Below, piece after piece: positions 18,897-28,256 of a DNA stretch of 64,000 nt. Position 1 is the first letter of the stretch. Every line of letters begins with the position of its first letter. The stretch is taken from IMG/VR virus record IMGVR_UViG_2873180057_000001, positions 6,857 through 70,856 of that record. One strand, 5' to 3'. The position numbers and the translations under genes were made by a program. Under the pieces are notes generated by a model that had not been told where the DNA came from, searched no databases, and saw only the letters and a program-made list of their open reading frames with translations. The stretch is from a virus. Lineage: Duplodnaviria > Caudoviricetes.

Positions 18897-19339
18897 CAGC
18901 CGCCTCCCATAGGCGTCCAGGTGTGCTGCTCGTCGGACGCCTCGGCGAGGACGGAGCCGTAACCGCGCTGCCCGTCCTCGAAGGCGCTGCGCACGTGGAT
19001 GGTGCGCGAGCGCATCCAGGAGCAACGCTGCAACGCCTGCTTGGCGCGGGGTCCGAGCGTCATGGCCCGGGAGTCGAGGCTCGCGACGACGCCGTCCTGC
19101 TGCACCTGGGTGGCGTCCAGACGAGCGTTGAGGTCGAACTGGCTGACCTCCCAAGCCGCCTGGTAGGCCACGGCCATGCGCAGCCAGTACAGGTCACGGG
19201 CCCGGATCCTGGCCGTGTCGTCGTGGATGCGGTTGGAGAACATTTCGATCGACGCCTGGGCCTGGGTCAGCTGGACGTCCGTCACCGTGACACCGGTGAT
19301 GTCGATGACCTGCTGTGCGGTGGCCCAGGCGTCCGTCAT
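18896..19339 (-). CDS. head-to-tail adaptor
   Basis: MTDAWAT..V...TG, LRMAVAYQAAW; synteny after capsid. Confidence 0.7.
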   Translation of the reverse strand: MTDAWATAQQVIDITGVTVTDVQLTQAQASIEMFSNRIHDDTARIRARDLYWLRMAVAYQAAWEVSQFDLNARLDATQVQQDGVVASLDSRAMTLGPRAKQALQRCSWMRSRTIHVRSAFEDGQRGYGSVLAEASDEQHTWTPMGGG

Positions 19340-19340
19340 G

Positions 19341-19688
19341 TCAGTCCCCGCTCGCGAGAGCCTGGCGCGGCGTGCGGGTCCGCTCCGGAGCCTCGTCGGC
19401 CTCGGCGGGCACCACTTCGACGCTGTAGCGCAGCAGCCGCGACACGCCGTCGGGCTGCTCCTCGCAGCCGTCGAGGCGGACGTCGCCGCGCGGGTGCAGG
19501 CCTCGCTGGATGGCCTCCTGCAGCGTGGCGATCTTGTTGGGGTCCGGTTCGGACGCGTCCTCGGCAGGTGCGGCGCCGAGGACAACGAACTCCTTGACGT
19601 GCCGGATGCCGTCGGCCCCGTCCGGGGAGCGGTCGGCAACCGCTCCGACCGGGTCCTGCTTGGCGGTGGGCTTCTTCGCCGTGGCCAT
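19341..19688 (-). CDS. hypothetical head-region protein
   Basis: Tightly packed ORF after major capsid. Confidence 0.6.
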   Translation of the reverse strand: MATAKKPTAKQDPVGAVADRSPDGADGIRHVKEFVVLGAAPAEDASEPDPNKIATLQEAIQRGLHPRGDVRLDGCEEQPDGVSRLLRYSVEVVPAEADEAPERTRTPRQALASGD

Positions 19689-19690
19689 GG

Positions 19691-20608
19691 TCAGACTCCG
19701 ACGAGGACGGCGGCGGCCTTCGGGTGGCCGAGTGCGAAGGCGCGGCGAGCGCGCATCTTCAGGATCGACTCGTCGGTCAGGGCGGAGAGCCCGTCACGGC
19801 CGTCGATGAAGATGGACTCCGGGCCCGACCGTCGGCCGAGGCGCAGGTAGTCGGCGTTGGCGACGATCAGCAGTGGCTTGCCTGCCGGTGAGTCGGTGGC
19901 GGTGGCGGAGACCCGGCAGCCCAGCGACCAGCGCACGGGCAGGTCGAAGAGGGTGTCGGGGGATCCGGCGTCGCCCTGCTGGCCACGCACGAAGATCGGC
20001 TGGTTCTGGTCGTCCTTGATCGTGCGCAGTGTGCCGCGGTAGGACGGGTGGGCGATGACGACCATGCGGGACAGGTCGAAGTAGTCGCCGGCCTCGACGT
20101 CGCCGAGGACCAGGGACAGGTCGTCGTAGGTGACGCCGCCTGATGCGGCGACGGTGATGTTGTCGTTGGCGCCGTAGCCGACGCCGGAGTCGGCCTGGGT
20201 GAGCTGGTAGTAGACACTCGTGAACGGCACACCGGCGCCCGGGGCTGCGCTGACGGCGAGGGTGGCGTTGTCGATCAGCTTGGCGTAGCTGGTGGCCCAG
20301 TCGCGCTGCTTGGTCGCGATGATGTTGGCGAGGGAGTCGTCGATGTCCTCTTCGGCGATGCGGATCGCCCGGCCCAGCTTCTTCGCGGTCAGGACGATGT
20401 CGTCGTTGGTCGATGTGTCCTCGCCGTAGGCTCCGCCCTTGTCGACGACGCCGACGCCGACACCGGCGGAGCGGGGGATGCTCTTGGTGTTGGACGACAT
20501 GGGTTCCGGGGAGGCGTAGGCCTCGACGGCGGACATCTGGGCGACGCGCTGGATGACCTCGGAGGAGTCCTCTTCCGGGATCCAGGCCTCGTAGGTGTTG
20601 CGGGCCAC
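19691..20608 (-). CDS. major capsid protein (HK97 fold)
   Basis: WIPEE, LTAKKLG..IRIAEE.I.DS, IKDDQNQPIF, LKMRARRAF motifs; AGGAGG SD. Confidence 0.9.
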   Translation of the reverse strand: MARNTYEAWIPEEDSSEVIQRVAQMSAVEAYASPEPMSSNTKSIPRSAGVGVGVVDKGGAYGEDTSTNDDIVLTAKKLGRAIRIAEEDIDDSLANIIATKQRDWATSYAKLIDNATLAVSAAPGAGVPFTSVYYQLTQADSGVGYGANDNITVAASGGVTYDDLSLVLGDVEAGDYFDLSRMVVIAHPSYRGTLRTIKDDQNQPIFVRGQQGDAGSPDTLFDLPVRWSLGCRVSATATDSPAGKPLLIVANADYLRLGRRSGPESIFIDGRDGLSALTDESILKMRARRAFALGHPKAAAVLVGV

Positions 20609-20741
20609 GGTGCCCTCCTGCGGGCGTGTGATGGGGCTGCTGGGGGTTTGCGGGCCCCATCACGGGCGCCTTCGCATTCAAGGGCAACAACTGATCCGAT
20701 CCCCGAATCAGTTCACCTATCGGCAAATATACCTTCGATTG

Positions 20742-21479
20742 TCAACCCATGCGCCCTAGTACGCGCATGGCGTGCTGCTCCGCACTCGACTTCGGCTTCT
20801 CCTCCGCCGGCTTACGGTCCGCCGCCGTGGGCCGCACCTTCGGCCTGGGCTTGTCCGCCTGGAAAAACTCCGGGTACTCGTCCTTCACCCGGGCGATCTC
20901 GCCCTCCAGGCCGACCACTTCCCCGTCGTCATCGACGGTGAGCGCGTCCAGGTCAACGAGCCGCAGCCCGCGGTCTGTTGCCCCGCTCAGCCCGGCCTCC
21001 CGGAGCGCGACACGGGCCGCAGCCTTCACCAGGGGTGCGCGGAAGCGGGCCTCGCCCTGCTCGCGGGCCTCGCGGAGCGACTTCTCGTGATCCGTCTCGT
21101 TGGCGCGCGCGGCCTCCTCCAACTCCTTGTTGCGGAGCCGGTGCCGCTTGCCGTCCTCGTTGGCCTTCTTCAGCGCAGCCTGCGTCTTGCGCCACTCCGC
21201 CTCGCTCGGCGGCGTGAACGGATCCGGGTTCTTGCCGGCGGGCGGCTTGGGCTTGGGCGCCTCGTCCCGCCCGGCCTCCTCGTCGCCACCATCGGCCGCA
21301 TCACCCTGATCGGCGTCACCCTCAGCGTCTTCCGGTACATCTCCGGACTCGACCTCGACGGCGCCGTCATCAGAGCCTCCGGCGATGTTGAAGACGGGTC
21401 GGCCGGCGACGTAGCCGATGACCGTGCCGGGCGGCAGGCTGATCGGCGTCTCATCCATGGGGCCGCGTTCGGTGTTCAT
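20742..21479 (-). CDS. capsid scaffolding protein
   Basis: Acidic N-terminus, coiled coil, K..YPEFF motif; directly upstream of capsid. Confidence 0.8.
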   Translation of the reverse strand: MNTERGPMDETPISLPPGTVIGYVAGRPVFNIAGGSDDGAVEVESGDVPEDAEGDADQGDAADGGDEEAGRDEAPKPKPPAGKNPDPFTPPSEAEWRKTQAALKKANEDGKRHRLRNKELEEAARANETDHEKSLREAREQGEARFRAPLVKAAARVALREAGLSGATDRGLRLVDLDALTVDDDGEVVGLEGEIARVKDEYPEFFQADKPRPKVRPTAADRKPAEEKPKSSAEQHAMRVLGRMG

Positions 21480-21513
21480 CTGGTGCTCCCATCTCGGGGT
21501 TGCGGGTCGCCCA

Positions 21514-22554
21514 TCACGGGCCGGTCGGTACGGTGCGGTCGGTGAAGCGGCCGGCGCGCACGGCGAGCGCCGCGAACTCCTCGACGCTCTTCGGCAGTCC
21601 GGCGCCGGTGCGCAGGAGCTCCCGGGCGGCACGGATGCGGGCCGCACCGGACTCCGTGGGCAGCGACCAGCCGCGGGCGATGGAGCGCCGAGCCTCCCGG
21701 CGCAGCGAGTCGGGGAAAGAAGGCACCCCTTCGGGCGCCCAGCCTTCCTCCCAGGCGGTCACACGGCATCGGCAGTGCGGGTGCTTGGGCGGTGCTGCCA
21801 GCGCCTTGCCCCGGCCGCGCTGGTTCGGGTCCCAGGACAACCCCGCGGGAAAGTCGGCGTCCGCGGCGACGACCATTCCGGAGTAGGCGGCGCAGTTCAC
21901 GCAGGCATCCCGTTCGGCGATCCACAGCTTCTGGGCGCCCTGGTGGTCGATGGCCGTCAACGAGGCCTCGTTGACGGCCTCGTTGACGGTGGTGGCGATA
22001 TGGGCGCGGGTGGCGGGCAGGGCGCTCTGGGCGGCTCCGATGCCAGCCTGGACGTCGGACCAGCGGCGGGCGCGGCTGGGGCGCAGTATGGCCAGCGCCC
22101 TGTCGCGGCGATCGGCGATCGCGGCACCGATGGCTGCCGCACGGCGGCGCAGACCTCGGGACGGGCGCCCGCTCACAGGCCGCGTCGCGCGGCCTGTCGC
22201 CTCCTCGACGAACGCGGCGTGCTGGCGGGCCCCGAGCAGCACAGCATCCGTCAGCGCCTGATCGAGCTCCCGCTGCGCCCGCGGCCCGAGCGGGCCGAGG
22301 AGGCGGCGGACCGCACCACGGATGGTGGACAGGATGCGGCGCAGCGCCGCGGTGTCGCCGGACTCCGCCTGGACGCTGCCGAACGCGGCCACCCATGCAG
22401 TGATTGACCGCTGAGAGAGCACCGCGAAGCGGCTCTCGAGATCCCCCAGCACCCGCGCGGCGACGCGGTCCTCGAGCCTCCGGACGGCGTCGGTCTGCTC
22501 GCCCTGCACCAGGCCGGCGAGTTCCTCGTTGCTGGCGCGGCGTCGAGCCATCAT
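21514..22554 (-). CDS. MuF-like minor head / head morphogenesis protein
   Basis: W.AERDACVNC...PPKHPHCRC motif; between portal and scaffold. Confidence 0.8.
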   Translation of the reverse strand: MMARRRASNEELAGLVQGEQTDAVRRLEDRVAARVLGDLESRFAVLSQRSITAWVAAFGSVQAESGDTAALRRILSTIRGAVRRLLGPLGPRAQRELDQALTDAVLLGARQHAAFVEEATGRATRPVSGRPSRGLRRRAAAIGAAIADRRDRALAILRPSRARRWSDVQAGIGAAQSALPATRAHIATTVNEAVNEASLTAIDHQGAQKLWIAERDACVNCAAYSGMVVAADADFPAGLSWDPNQRGRGKALAAPPKHPHCRCRVTAWEEGWAPEGVPSFPDSLRREARRSIARGWSLPTESGAARIRAARELLRTGAGLPKSVEEFAALAVRAGRFTDRTVPTGP

Positions 22555-24098
22555 GTGCGGGCCTCGACTCCCGCGAGGGCCTCGATGTCGGAGAGTGCGC
22601 CGTTGAGGAGCTGCTGGGCCTGCTCGGACGTGACGACGCCGAGGGCTGTGGCCGCGCCGAGCTTCTGCGCGCTGTCGGCGACGGTGGCGAGGATGTTCAC
22701 GCGCCGGGCGAGTTCGGCGTCGTCCACGCCCTCCAGCCAGGCGTCGACCTGCTCCTCGCGGTAGCCGGCCTCCAGGAGCACCTGCTTCCTCGGCACCCCG
22801 TTCTTGACCTTCTCGGTGGCGGTCTGCCAGCCGGTCTGGTCTTCGACGGTGGCGGCCGGCACCCAGCGGACGTCGACCATGGCGGCGGGGATGCCGAGAA
22901 GGTCGAGGACGAACTGGAAGACGTCCCGCCAGGTGGCGCCCAGGAGGCGCTGCAAGTTGCGGATCTTCTTGACGAACGGTCCGTCCTTCGCCCGCAGCGA
23001 CTCCCCCGACGGGACGTCGCCCTGGGGGTCGAAGAGGTGGAGCGGGGTGGTGGTGATCTGCGCCATCGCCCGGACCTCGAACAGGATTGGGTCGAGAAAC
23101 ACCGACGGGTTCGCCGCATCCAGCTGTCCGACCGACTTGAAGCCGCGCAGCATCCACACCTCGCCCGGCCCCGCCTTCAAGCTGGAGTCGTCGCCGGTAT
23201 CGGTTGGGCCCGCGCCAGCGTCATCTGTCGGGAAGTCGTCGAAGTCGCCGGGCTCCAGGTCGGAGGTGTCGGTGGTGGCCGAGTCCGAGATGGCGAAGCG
23301 TTGCGGGAAGCCTTGGTAGTCGACGGTGCCCATGTGGGTGATGGACAGCTTGTTGATGGCGTTCTGGGGGCCGTAGGCGCCCAGGTGTTCGGGACGGCCG
23401 TAGGGCCGGTCGGTGCGGAAGTGGAAGACGGGCGGACGGCCGTAGTCGTGCGGGATGGTCCAGGATTCCTCGTCCGCGGCTTCACCCTCGTCGGGTTCGG
23501 CGAGCCAGTGCATCCAGTCGCCCGGCTGCTTGCCGTCGGATCCGGGCTTGGTCGTCCAGCGTTCGGTGCGGTCGGCGTAGTACAGCTCTGCGCGCTGGAT
23601 CTTCCCCAGTGTGCGGGTCTCGCACCACTGCTTGATGTAGTACCTGACCTCGCGCGGGTTCTCATCGCTATAGATCGCCCGGACGGTCTGTGGGGAGTTG
23701 TAGTGCATCTCGACGCCGGTGACGGTGCCCTTGTCGTCCTCGACGGGCAGGGCGATGAGGTAGGCGTCGCCGAGGGTGCAGGCGTGGCGGTGGATGTCGG
23801 GGGCTTCGAGGTCCATGGCGTTGGCGTCCCACACCTGAGCGATGACCTTGGTGTGGGCGTCCTCGGCGCCGGTGATGGCGGCGATCTCCAGGCGGTCGAG
23901 TACGGCATCGACCGGGGTCTTGGCGAAGTTCAGGCGGAAGTCGACTCCGGTGTCCTCGAGGGCGCGGCGCAGGCGGGCGGAGGCGAAGATCTCGGGGACG
24001 TCGCCGTCGTAGTAGGCCTGTGCTTCGCGGTAGCCGGGGCGCGCCTCGTCGAGCCGTTCGATGCCGTACATCAGGTCACTCGACGCCACAGCGGCCAC
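22551..24098 (-). CDS. portal protein (SPP1 gp6-like)
   Basis: YYDG, NFAKTPVDAVLDRL, GDAY, PSGESLR motifs; follows terminase. Confidence 0.9.
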   Translation of the reverse strand: MAAVASSDLMYGIERLDEARPGYREAQAYYDGDVPEIFASARLRRALEDTGVDFRLNFAKTPVDAVLDRLEIAAITGAEDAHTKVIAQVWDANAMDLEAPDIHRHACTLGDAYLIALPVEDDKGTVTGVEMHYNSPQTVRAIYSDENPREVRYYIKQWCETRTLGKIQRAELYYADRTERWTTKPGSDGKQPGDWMHWLAEPDEGEAADEESWTIPHDYGRPPVFHFRTDRPYGRPEHLGAYGPQNAINKLSITHMGTVDYQGFPQRFAISDSATTDTSDLEPGDFDDFPTDDAGAGPTDTGDDSSLKAGPGEVWMLRGFKSVGQLDAANPSVFLDPILFEVRAMAQITTTPLHLFDPQGDVPSGESLRAKDGPFVKKIRNLQRLLGATWRDVFQFVLDLLGIPAAMVDVRWVPAATVEDQTGWQTATEKVKNGVPRKQVLLEAGYREEQVDAWLEGVDDAELARRVNILATVADSAQKLGAATALGVVTSEQAQQLLNGALSDIEALAGVEART

Positions 24099-24134
24099 CC
24101 TTCATCAAGGCAAGCATACGCCGCCACCTTGGAA

Positions 24135-25709
24135 TCAAAGGTAGCTTGCGCTAGATGCCTTCGGGATGGCCTTCTTCTCAGGTCGCAGGAAGCGCAGGAC
24201 CGGGTTGCCGACCGCGTCGACTAGGTCGTCGTTGAGCCCGTTCGGGAACGCACACATCTGCTCCTCAAGGGCGGGCAGCTGACCCGCGTGAACCACCCGG
24301 GACGGCAGCAACTGGTACAGGTTCAGCAGCCTGCCGGCGCGGGACTCCTTCGGCTCCGAGTTGGAGAACGTCACGACACGGACTGGCAGCCCGTGCAGCA
24401 CTTCGTGCCAGAGGTCGCCCCCCTGGTTCGATTCGACGAGGATGGCGCCGATCTCCGGATAAGAGTCGAGCAGTTGCTGGACGCGATCCCGCAGCGCCTT
24501 GCCCTTCAGCTTCACTGCCTCGGCGTGCTCGACGAGGCAGCGGGCTGGTATCGCACGAGCGCCTTCATGCGCCGGGCGGGCGGGGGCGCAGCCGACGACT
24601 GCCAAGCCGGTGAAGTCCGACGTCTTCTTCGTGGTGACGGCGCCGTCGACAGACAGGTAGGTGCGGGCGACGGGGAAGCGCCCATAGGTGAAGTCATCCT
24701 CCGTCCAGTAGTCAGAGTCCGCACTGGAGGGCTGGTTCAGGAAGTTGAGCTTAAAGCTCCTGGTCGCCCTCACCTGCGCCATGTAGGTCATGGGCCACTT
24801 AGCGGGCCAGATCGAGCGCTCCCCCTCTTCGCTCTTGACGATCGGCTCGTAGTAGTGGACACGGAACCGCTCTTCCTTGATCCACGCGGCGGGCTCTTCC
24901 TTGGTCGTGACGCTCTTCACGCACTGATGGATGAGCCCGCCGGCCATCGTCGTCGTCCCGGCAACGACGACCCGCGCGAACTCTGACAAGGGAAGGATCA
25001 CGTTCTGCAGGGTGGAGAGTCGCTTCTTCGCCTGGTGGACCGAGTAGTTCGCCTCGCCGCTCTCGATATCGTCCGCGATCAGCACGTCCGGGCGCTGCCG
25101 CCCCACCTTGAGGCCAAGGTTTCCCGAATCGATCCCACGCGCCGCAAAGGTGAACCCGTTGGCCATCTGGATCTGCGACTGCCGATCGGCGACGACACTG
25201 CCCCGTGGTCGGGTGGCTGGTGACGTGAGTTCGGGGAAGTCCTCCCGAAGCAGCCGGTTGCCGTCCAGTTCGGCTTTGAACGTGGCCAGATGCGTCTCCG
25301 CCTGCGAGGCGCTGTCGCTGAACGCGGCCACGAAGTGCACGAACCCGTGAGCAGCGGCCCACATAGGAATGATCAGAAACCACCAGGTGCTCTTGGCGGA
25401 CTCTCGCGGACTGATGAACACGTCGCGCGCTGAACGCGGTTCGGCGACTGGCCGCACCCATCGGCGCGCCCTGCGGGCCCAGTCCAGATGACAGTCGGCG
25501 AATGTGACCTTCTCACCAGTCTGCTTGCCCTTCATATGATGCGGCAGGTACAGCAGCCCGAACATGAGCGGATCAAGGCGCGTCAGCACCTTCCGGCCTT
25601 CACTCGACGCAAGGAGGCGGACATCGACGTCTGCGAGGTATCGATGCAGGTCAAACGTTGCTGAGTTATGCGGTTCGCCCGTCGCCGGGTCATGGAGATA
25701 GGGGATCAC
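24135..25709 (-). CDS. terminase large subunit
   Basis: PRESAKST Walker A, RPDVLIADDIE Walker B, GTT motif, ESNQGG and DDLVDA nuclease motifs. Confidence 0.93.
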   Translation of the reverse strand: MIPYLHDPATGEPHNSATFDLHRYLADVDVRLLASSEGRKVLTRLDPLMFGLLYLPHHMKGKQTGEKVTFADCHLDWARRARRWVRPVAEPRSARDVFISPRESAKSTWWFLIIPMWAAAHGFVHFVAAFSDSASQAETHLATFKAELDGNRLLREDFPELTSPATRPRGSVVADRQSQIQMANGFTFAARGIDSGNLGLKVGRQRPDVLIADDIESGEANYSVHQAKKRLSTLQNVILPLSEFARVVVAGTTTMAGGLIHQCVKSVTTKEEPAAWIKEERFRVHYYEPIVKSEEGERSIWPAKWPMTYMAQVRATRSFKLNFLNQPSSADSDYWTEDDFTYGRFPVARTYLSVDGAVTTKKTSDFTGLAVVGCAPARPAHEGARAIPARCLVEHAEAVKLKGKALRDRVQQLLDSYPEIGAILVESNQGGDLWHEVLHGLPVRVVTFSNSEPKESRAGRLLNLYQLLPSRVVHAGQLPALEEQMCAFPNGLNDDLVDAVGNPVLRFLRPEKKAIPKASSASYL

Positions 25710-25873
25710 GCGGCCTCCGCGATGGATCCGGCAGTCCCTCTGCGCAGATACGCGATGGCCCGCTCAATCCGGGCTATGTCGTCATCGAAGTAGCCGATGC
25801 TACTGTCCGTCAATTGTCCCAGCTCAGACCGCCACTGGAGCGCCTTTCTGTGCCTGCAGACCGCGGTCGCCAT
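25706..25873 (-). pseudogene. remnant of endonuclease VII-type gene
   Basis: 55-codon ORF ending SSIGYFDDDIARIERAIAYLR, like the EndoVII C-terminal helix, but lacking the CxxC/DH..H core. Confidence 0.5.
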
Positions 25874-25874
25874 G

Positions 25875-26114
25875 TCAGCCCTCCCCCACCTCGATGTCGA
25901 ACTCGACGACCTCCGTCTCGGCGCGGAGCATCAGCATGCCGACCGGCGCAGACACGTCTCCGGTGACGGGTTTGATGCGGATGGGGGCGTCAACGTCGTA
26001 GCCGTGATGTTCGAGGCGGGCGCGAAGGTGCTGCGTGAGGGCGTGGCGGTATCCGCCGTCGTGGAGGAGCCAGGACGGGACGAGGGACTCGATCCAGTAC
26101 GTCGAGCGGGTCAC
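25875..26114 (-). CDS. hypothetical protein
   Basis: GTGA-coupled to terminase small subunit; VTRSTYWIESLVPSWLL... Confidence 0.55.
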   Translation of the reverse strand: MTRSTYWIESLVPSWLLHDGGYRHALTQHLRARLEHHGYDVDAPIRIKPVTGDVSAPVGMLMLRAETEVVEFDIEVGEG

Positions 26115-26719
26115 TCCGCACCACCGTCGACGATCTGCTGCTCCTCCAGCTGCACGCGGGCTCTGGCGTCGCGGATCATCTCCTGCAGTTCCAGGTCCTG
26201 CTGGGTGGTTTCGGTGACCTGCGCGTCGACCTTTACGGGCATGTCGAGGCCGAGGAGACGGCGGCGGGACTCGGAGTTGCGCTGGCGGGCGTCCTCGACC
26301 TTGATGAGGCGGTCGATGGCGGCGAGGACCGGGCTGTCGTCGGGCAGCGGTGCGCCGTCGTGCACGATGATCCGCCCGTTGTTCACGGTGATGTGCTCGC
26401 GCGCGAGGACTTCCCTTGCCGCGTCCTCGAGGCCTTTCAGCCGCTCGAGGGCGGCTTCGAGGCGGGCGAGTTCGATGGCCCGGTACTCGTCTACCTTCGG
26501 GTCGACGCGGCGTGCGGCTTCTTCGCGGATCATTTCCTTGGCGGTGGTGACGCTGACGCGGTGTCCGCCGGTGGGCCCGTCGGGCTTGCGGCTGAGGTCG
26601 TCGATCTCGCGAAGGCTGAGGCCCTGGATCTTCAGGTCGAAGACGACTGCGGCGTGTTCGGCGCGCAGGGCGGGGTTCCGCTTGTTGTAGGGGGTTGGTC
26701 CGAGGCCCATGCCGCTCAC
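26111..26719 (-). CDS. terminase small subunit (HTH)
   Basis: GLSLREI HTH, ELARLE, AIDRLIK..RRRLLGLDMP; first gene of the packaging operon. Confidence 0.75.
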   Translation of the reverse strand: MSGMGLGPTPYNKRNPALRAEHAAVVFDLKIQGLSLREIDDLSRKPDGPTGGHRVSVTTAKEMIREEAARRVDPKVDEYRAIELARLEAALERLKGLEDAAREVLAREHITVNNGRIIVHDGAPLPDDSPVLAAIDRLIKVEDARQRNSESRRRLLGLDMPVKVDAQVTETTQQDLELQEMIRDARARVQLEEQQIVDGGAE

Positions 26720-26858
26720 TCCTTGACCGACGATTCCGAAGAATCACACCGCCATCACCTTTGAATCGTAGGCCATCCTCGGTGAAGAGTCGCTTATCCC
26801 CTACCGATACAGCGACAGAGGGAGCACGATGGAAGACAACCGCACGCCAGGAGGACCC

Positions 26859-27023
26859 GTGGCGAAGATCGGATTCAAGAAGCTCAAGGCTCAACTCGCC
26901 GCCAAGGGCGCCCGCAGCCCCGGCGGCCTCGCCTACAAGATCGGTGTCAAGAAGTACGGCAAGAAGACCATGGCCAAGAAAGCCGCCGCAGGGCGCCGCC
27001 GAGCCGCGCGCAAAGGCCGCTGA
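26859..27023 (+). CDS. small highly basic protein (54 aa)
   Basis: AGGAGG SD plus GTG; K/R/A-rich with no acidic residues. Confidence 0.7.
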   Translation: MAKIGFKKLKAQLAAKGARSPGGLAYKIGVKKYGKKTMAKKAAAGRRRAARKGR

Positions 27024-27024
27024 C

Positions 27025-27225
27025 ATGGTGTCCGACCGCGGCGGACGCTACGGCTACCGCGCGCTACGCCGTCGCCCAAGCGGTGGTCGCGTCTTGCCGC
27101 ACCGTCCTGACGGCTCAGCCCCGGTCGTGCTCAGTCCCGGGGGCCCGATCACCGACCCCGACGAGGCAGAAGCGTTGGGCCTGACTGCTGACGCCAGACG
27201 GATGCGCGAGGAGCCCACCGCATGA
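27025..27225 (+). CDS. hypothetical protein
   Basis: ATG 1 nt after previous stop; ends at a hairpin. Confidence 0.45.
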   Translation: MVSDRGGRYGYRALRRRPSGGRVLPHRPDGSAPVVLSPGGPITDPDEAEALGLTADARRMREEPTA

Positions 27226-27229
27226 CGAA

Positions 27230-27258
27230 GGCCCCGCCCGGAATCACTAGGCGGGGCC
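27230..27258. terminator. hairpin between convergent genes
   Basis: GGCCCCGCC-N11-GGCGGGGCC. Confidence 0.6.
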
Positions 27259-27287
27259 GCTCCGCGCGTGCACAGGCGGACCTGGCC

Positions 27288-27833
27288 TCACTGCCCCTGA
27301 GCCGTAATGTCGGTGATTTTCACAGACACCTTCACTCCTGCCGACGCCGTACTGATCGTCGACTCGGTGTAGTTGAGACTCGTCCGATCCGACAACTCGG
27401 CCGTCTCAATGACGGGACCGGACTCGTCGCCAGAGATCTCGTAAGTGATCTCGTACACCGCGCCAGGATCAAGGTCCTCACTCAGCCCGTCATAACTCAA
27501 GCGCGGCTCCACCGTCACGTTGCAGCCTGCCGAGCCGAAGCACTGCCGCTCCGTTGTGCGCAGCGTCATGGTGAAGCTGCTGGTGTCCGGCACCGTGTAC
27601 GTCGGCTCCGAGTCCGGTTCTTCTGCGGCTGCTGTCACCGCGTCCTTACCCGGGGGGCTCGACGCGGGGGTGGTCGCCTTACTGTCGTCCCTGGATTCCA
27701 CGACGACGATCCCGGTCGCTACGACTGCGGCAATGACGGCTGCTGCGGCGGCGATGATGACCGTGTTAGTTCGGGTCCTTCGTGGTGCCGATGGAGGCCC
27801 GTCAGGCATGGGTGGTGGCGTGCCGTCTGTCAT
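27288..27833 (-). CDS. membrane-anchored extracytoplasmic protein
   Basis: P-rich N-terminus, one TM helix, S/T-rich domain with QCFGSAGC. Confidence 0.75.
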   Translation of the reverse strand: MTDGTPPPMPDGPPSAPRRTRTNTVIIAAAAAVIAAVVATGIVVVESRDDSKATTPASSPPGKDAVTAAAEEPDSEPTYTVPDTSSFTMTLRTTERQCFGSAGCNVTVEPRLSYDGLSEDLDPGAVYEITYEISGDESGPVIETAELSDRTSLNYTESTISTASAGVKVSVKITDITAQGQ

Positions 27834-27975
27834 GGTTTCCCCCCGGGGACGGTGTGAGCCCCGGAGCGTAGCGGCGCAGCCGGTGTGATCGGGCGGGAAT
27901 GCGAGAAGGCTTCACCGCAAGGAGTGCTGTGGTCCTCGGCTCCCCCGCCTCGCCGCGCCCTGTGCGGTCACAGAA

Positions 27976-28003
27976 GCGCCCCGGCACGGATCTGCCGGGG
28001 CGC
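27976..28003 (-). terminator. terminator closing the leftward transfer operon
   Basis: GCGCCCCGGCA/TGCCGGGGCGC 11-bp stem followed by TTCTGT on the minus strand. Confidence 0.65.
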
Positions 28004-28036
28004 GCTGACGTGAGGTTGGCGGGGGCCGCCAGGGCG

Positions 28037-28246
28037 TCAGTTCTCCGTTTCACGCGGGCGGGGCTGGCTGGTGGCGTAGGTGACGGCGGCGAGTCCGCCT
28101 CCGAGTGTGGCGGCCATGGCGAGGCCGGTGGCCGTGGTGTTGACGCCCGCGCTGGTCAGGCCGACAGCGACACCGGCGGTCGTGAGCGTGGCGAGCGCGC
28201 CCTTGGCGGCGGATGCTCGGGCGCGGCGGGCGAGGTCGTGGTTCAT
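28037..28246 (-). CDS. small membrane protein (Spd-like)
   Basis: AGGAG SD; two hydrophobic segments; last gene of the traB-like operon. Confidence 0.6.
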   Translation of the reverse strand: MNHDLARRARASAAKGALATLTTAGVAVGLTSAGVNTTATGLAMAATLGGGLAAVTYATSQPRPRETEN

Positions 28247-28256
28247 TGCGGGTCTC

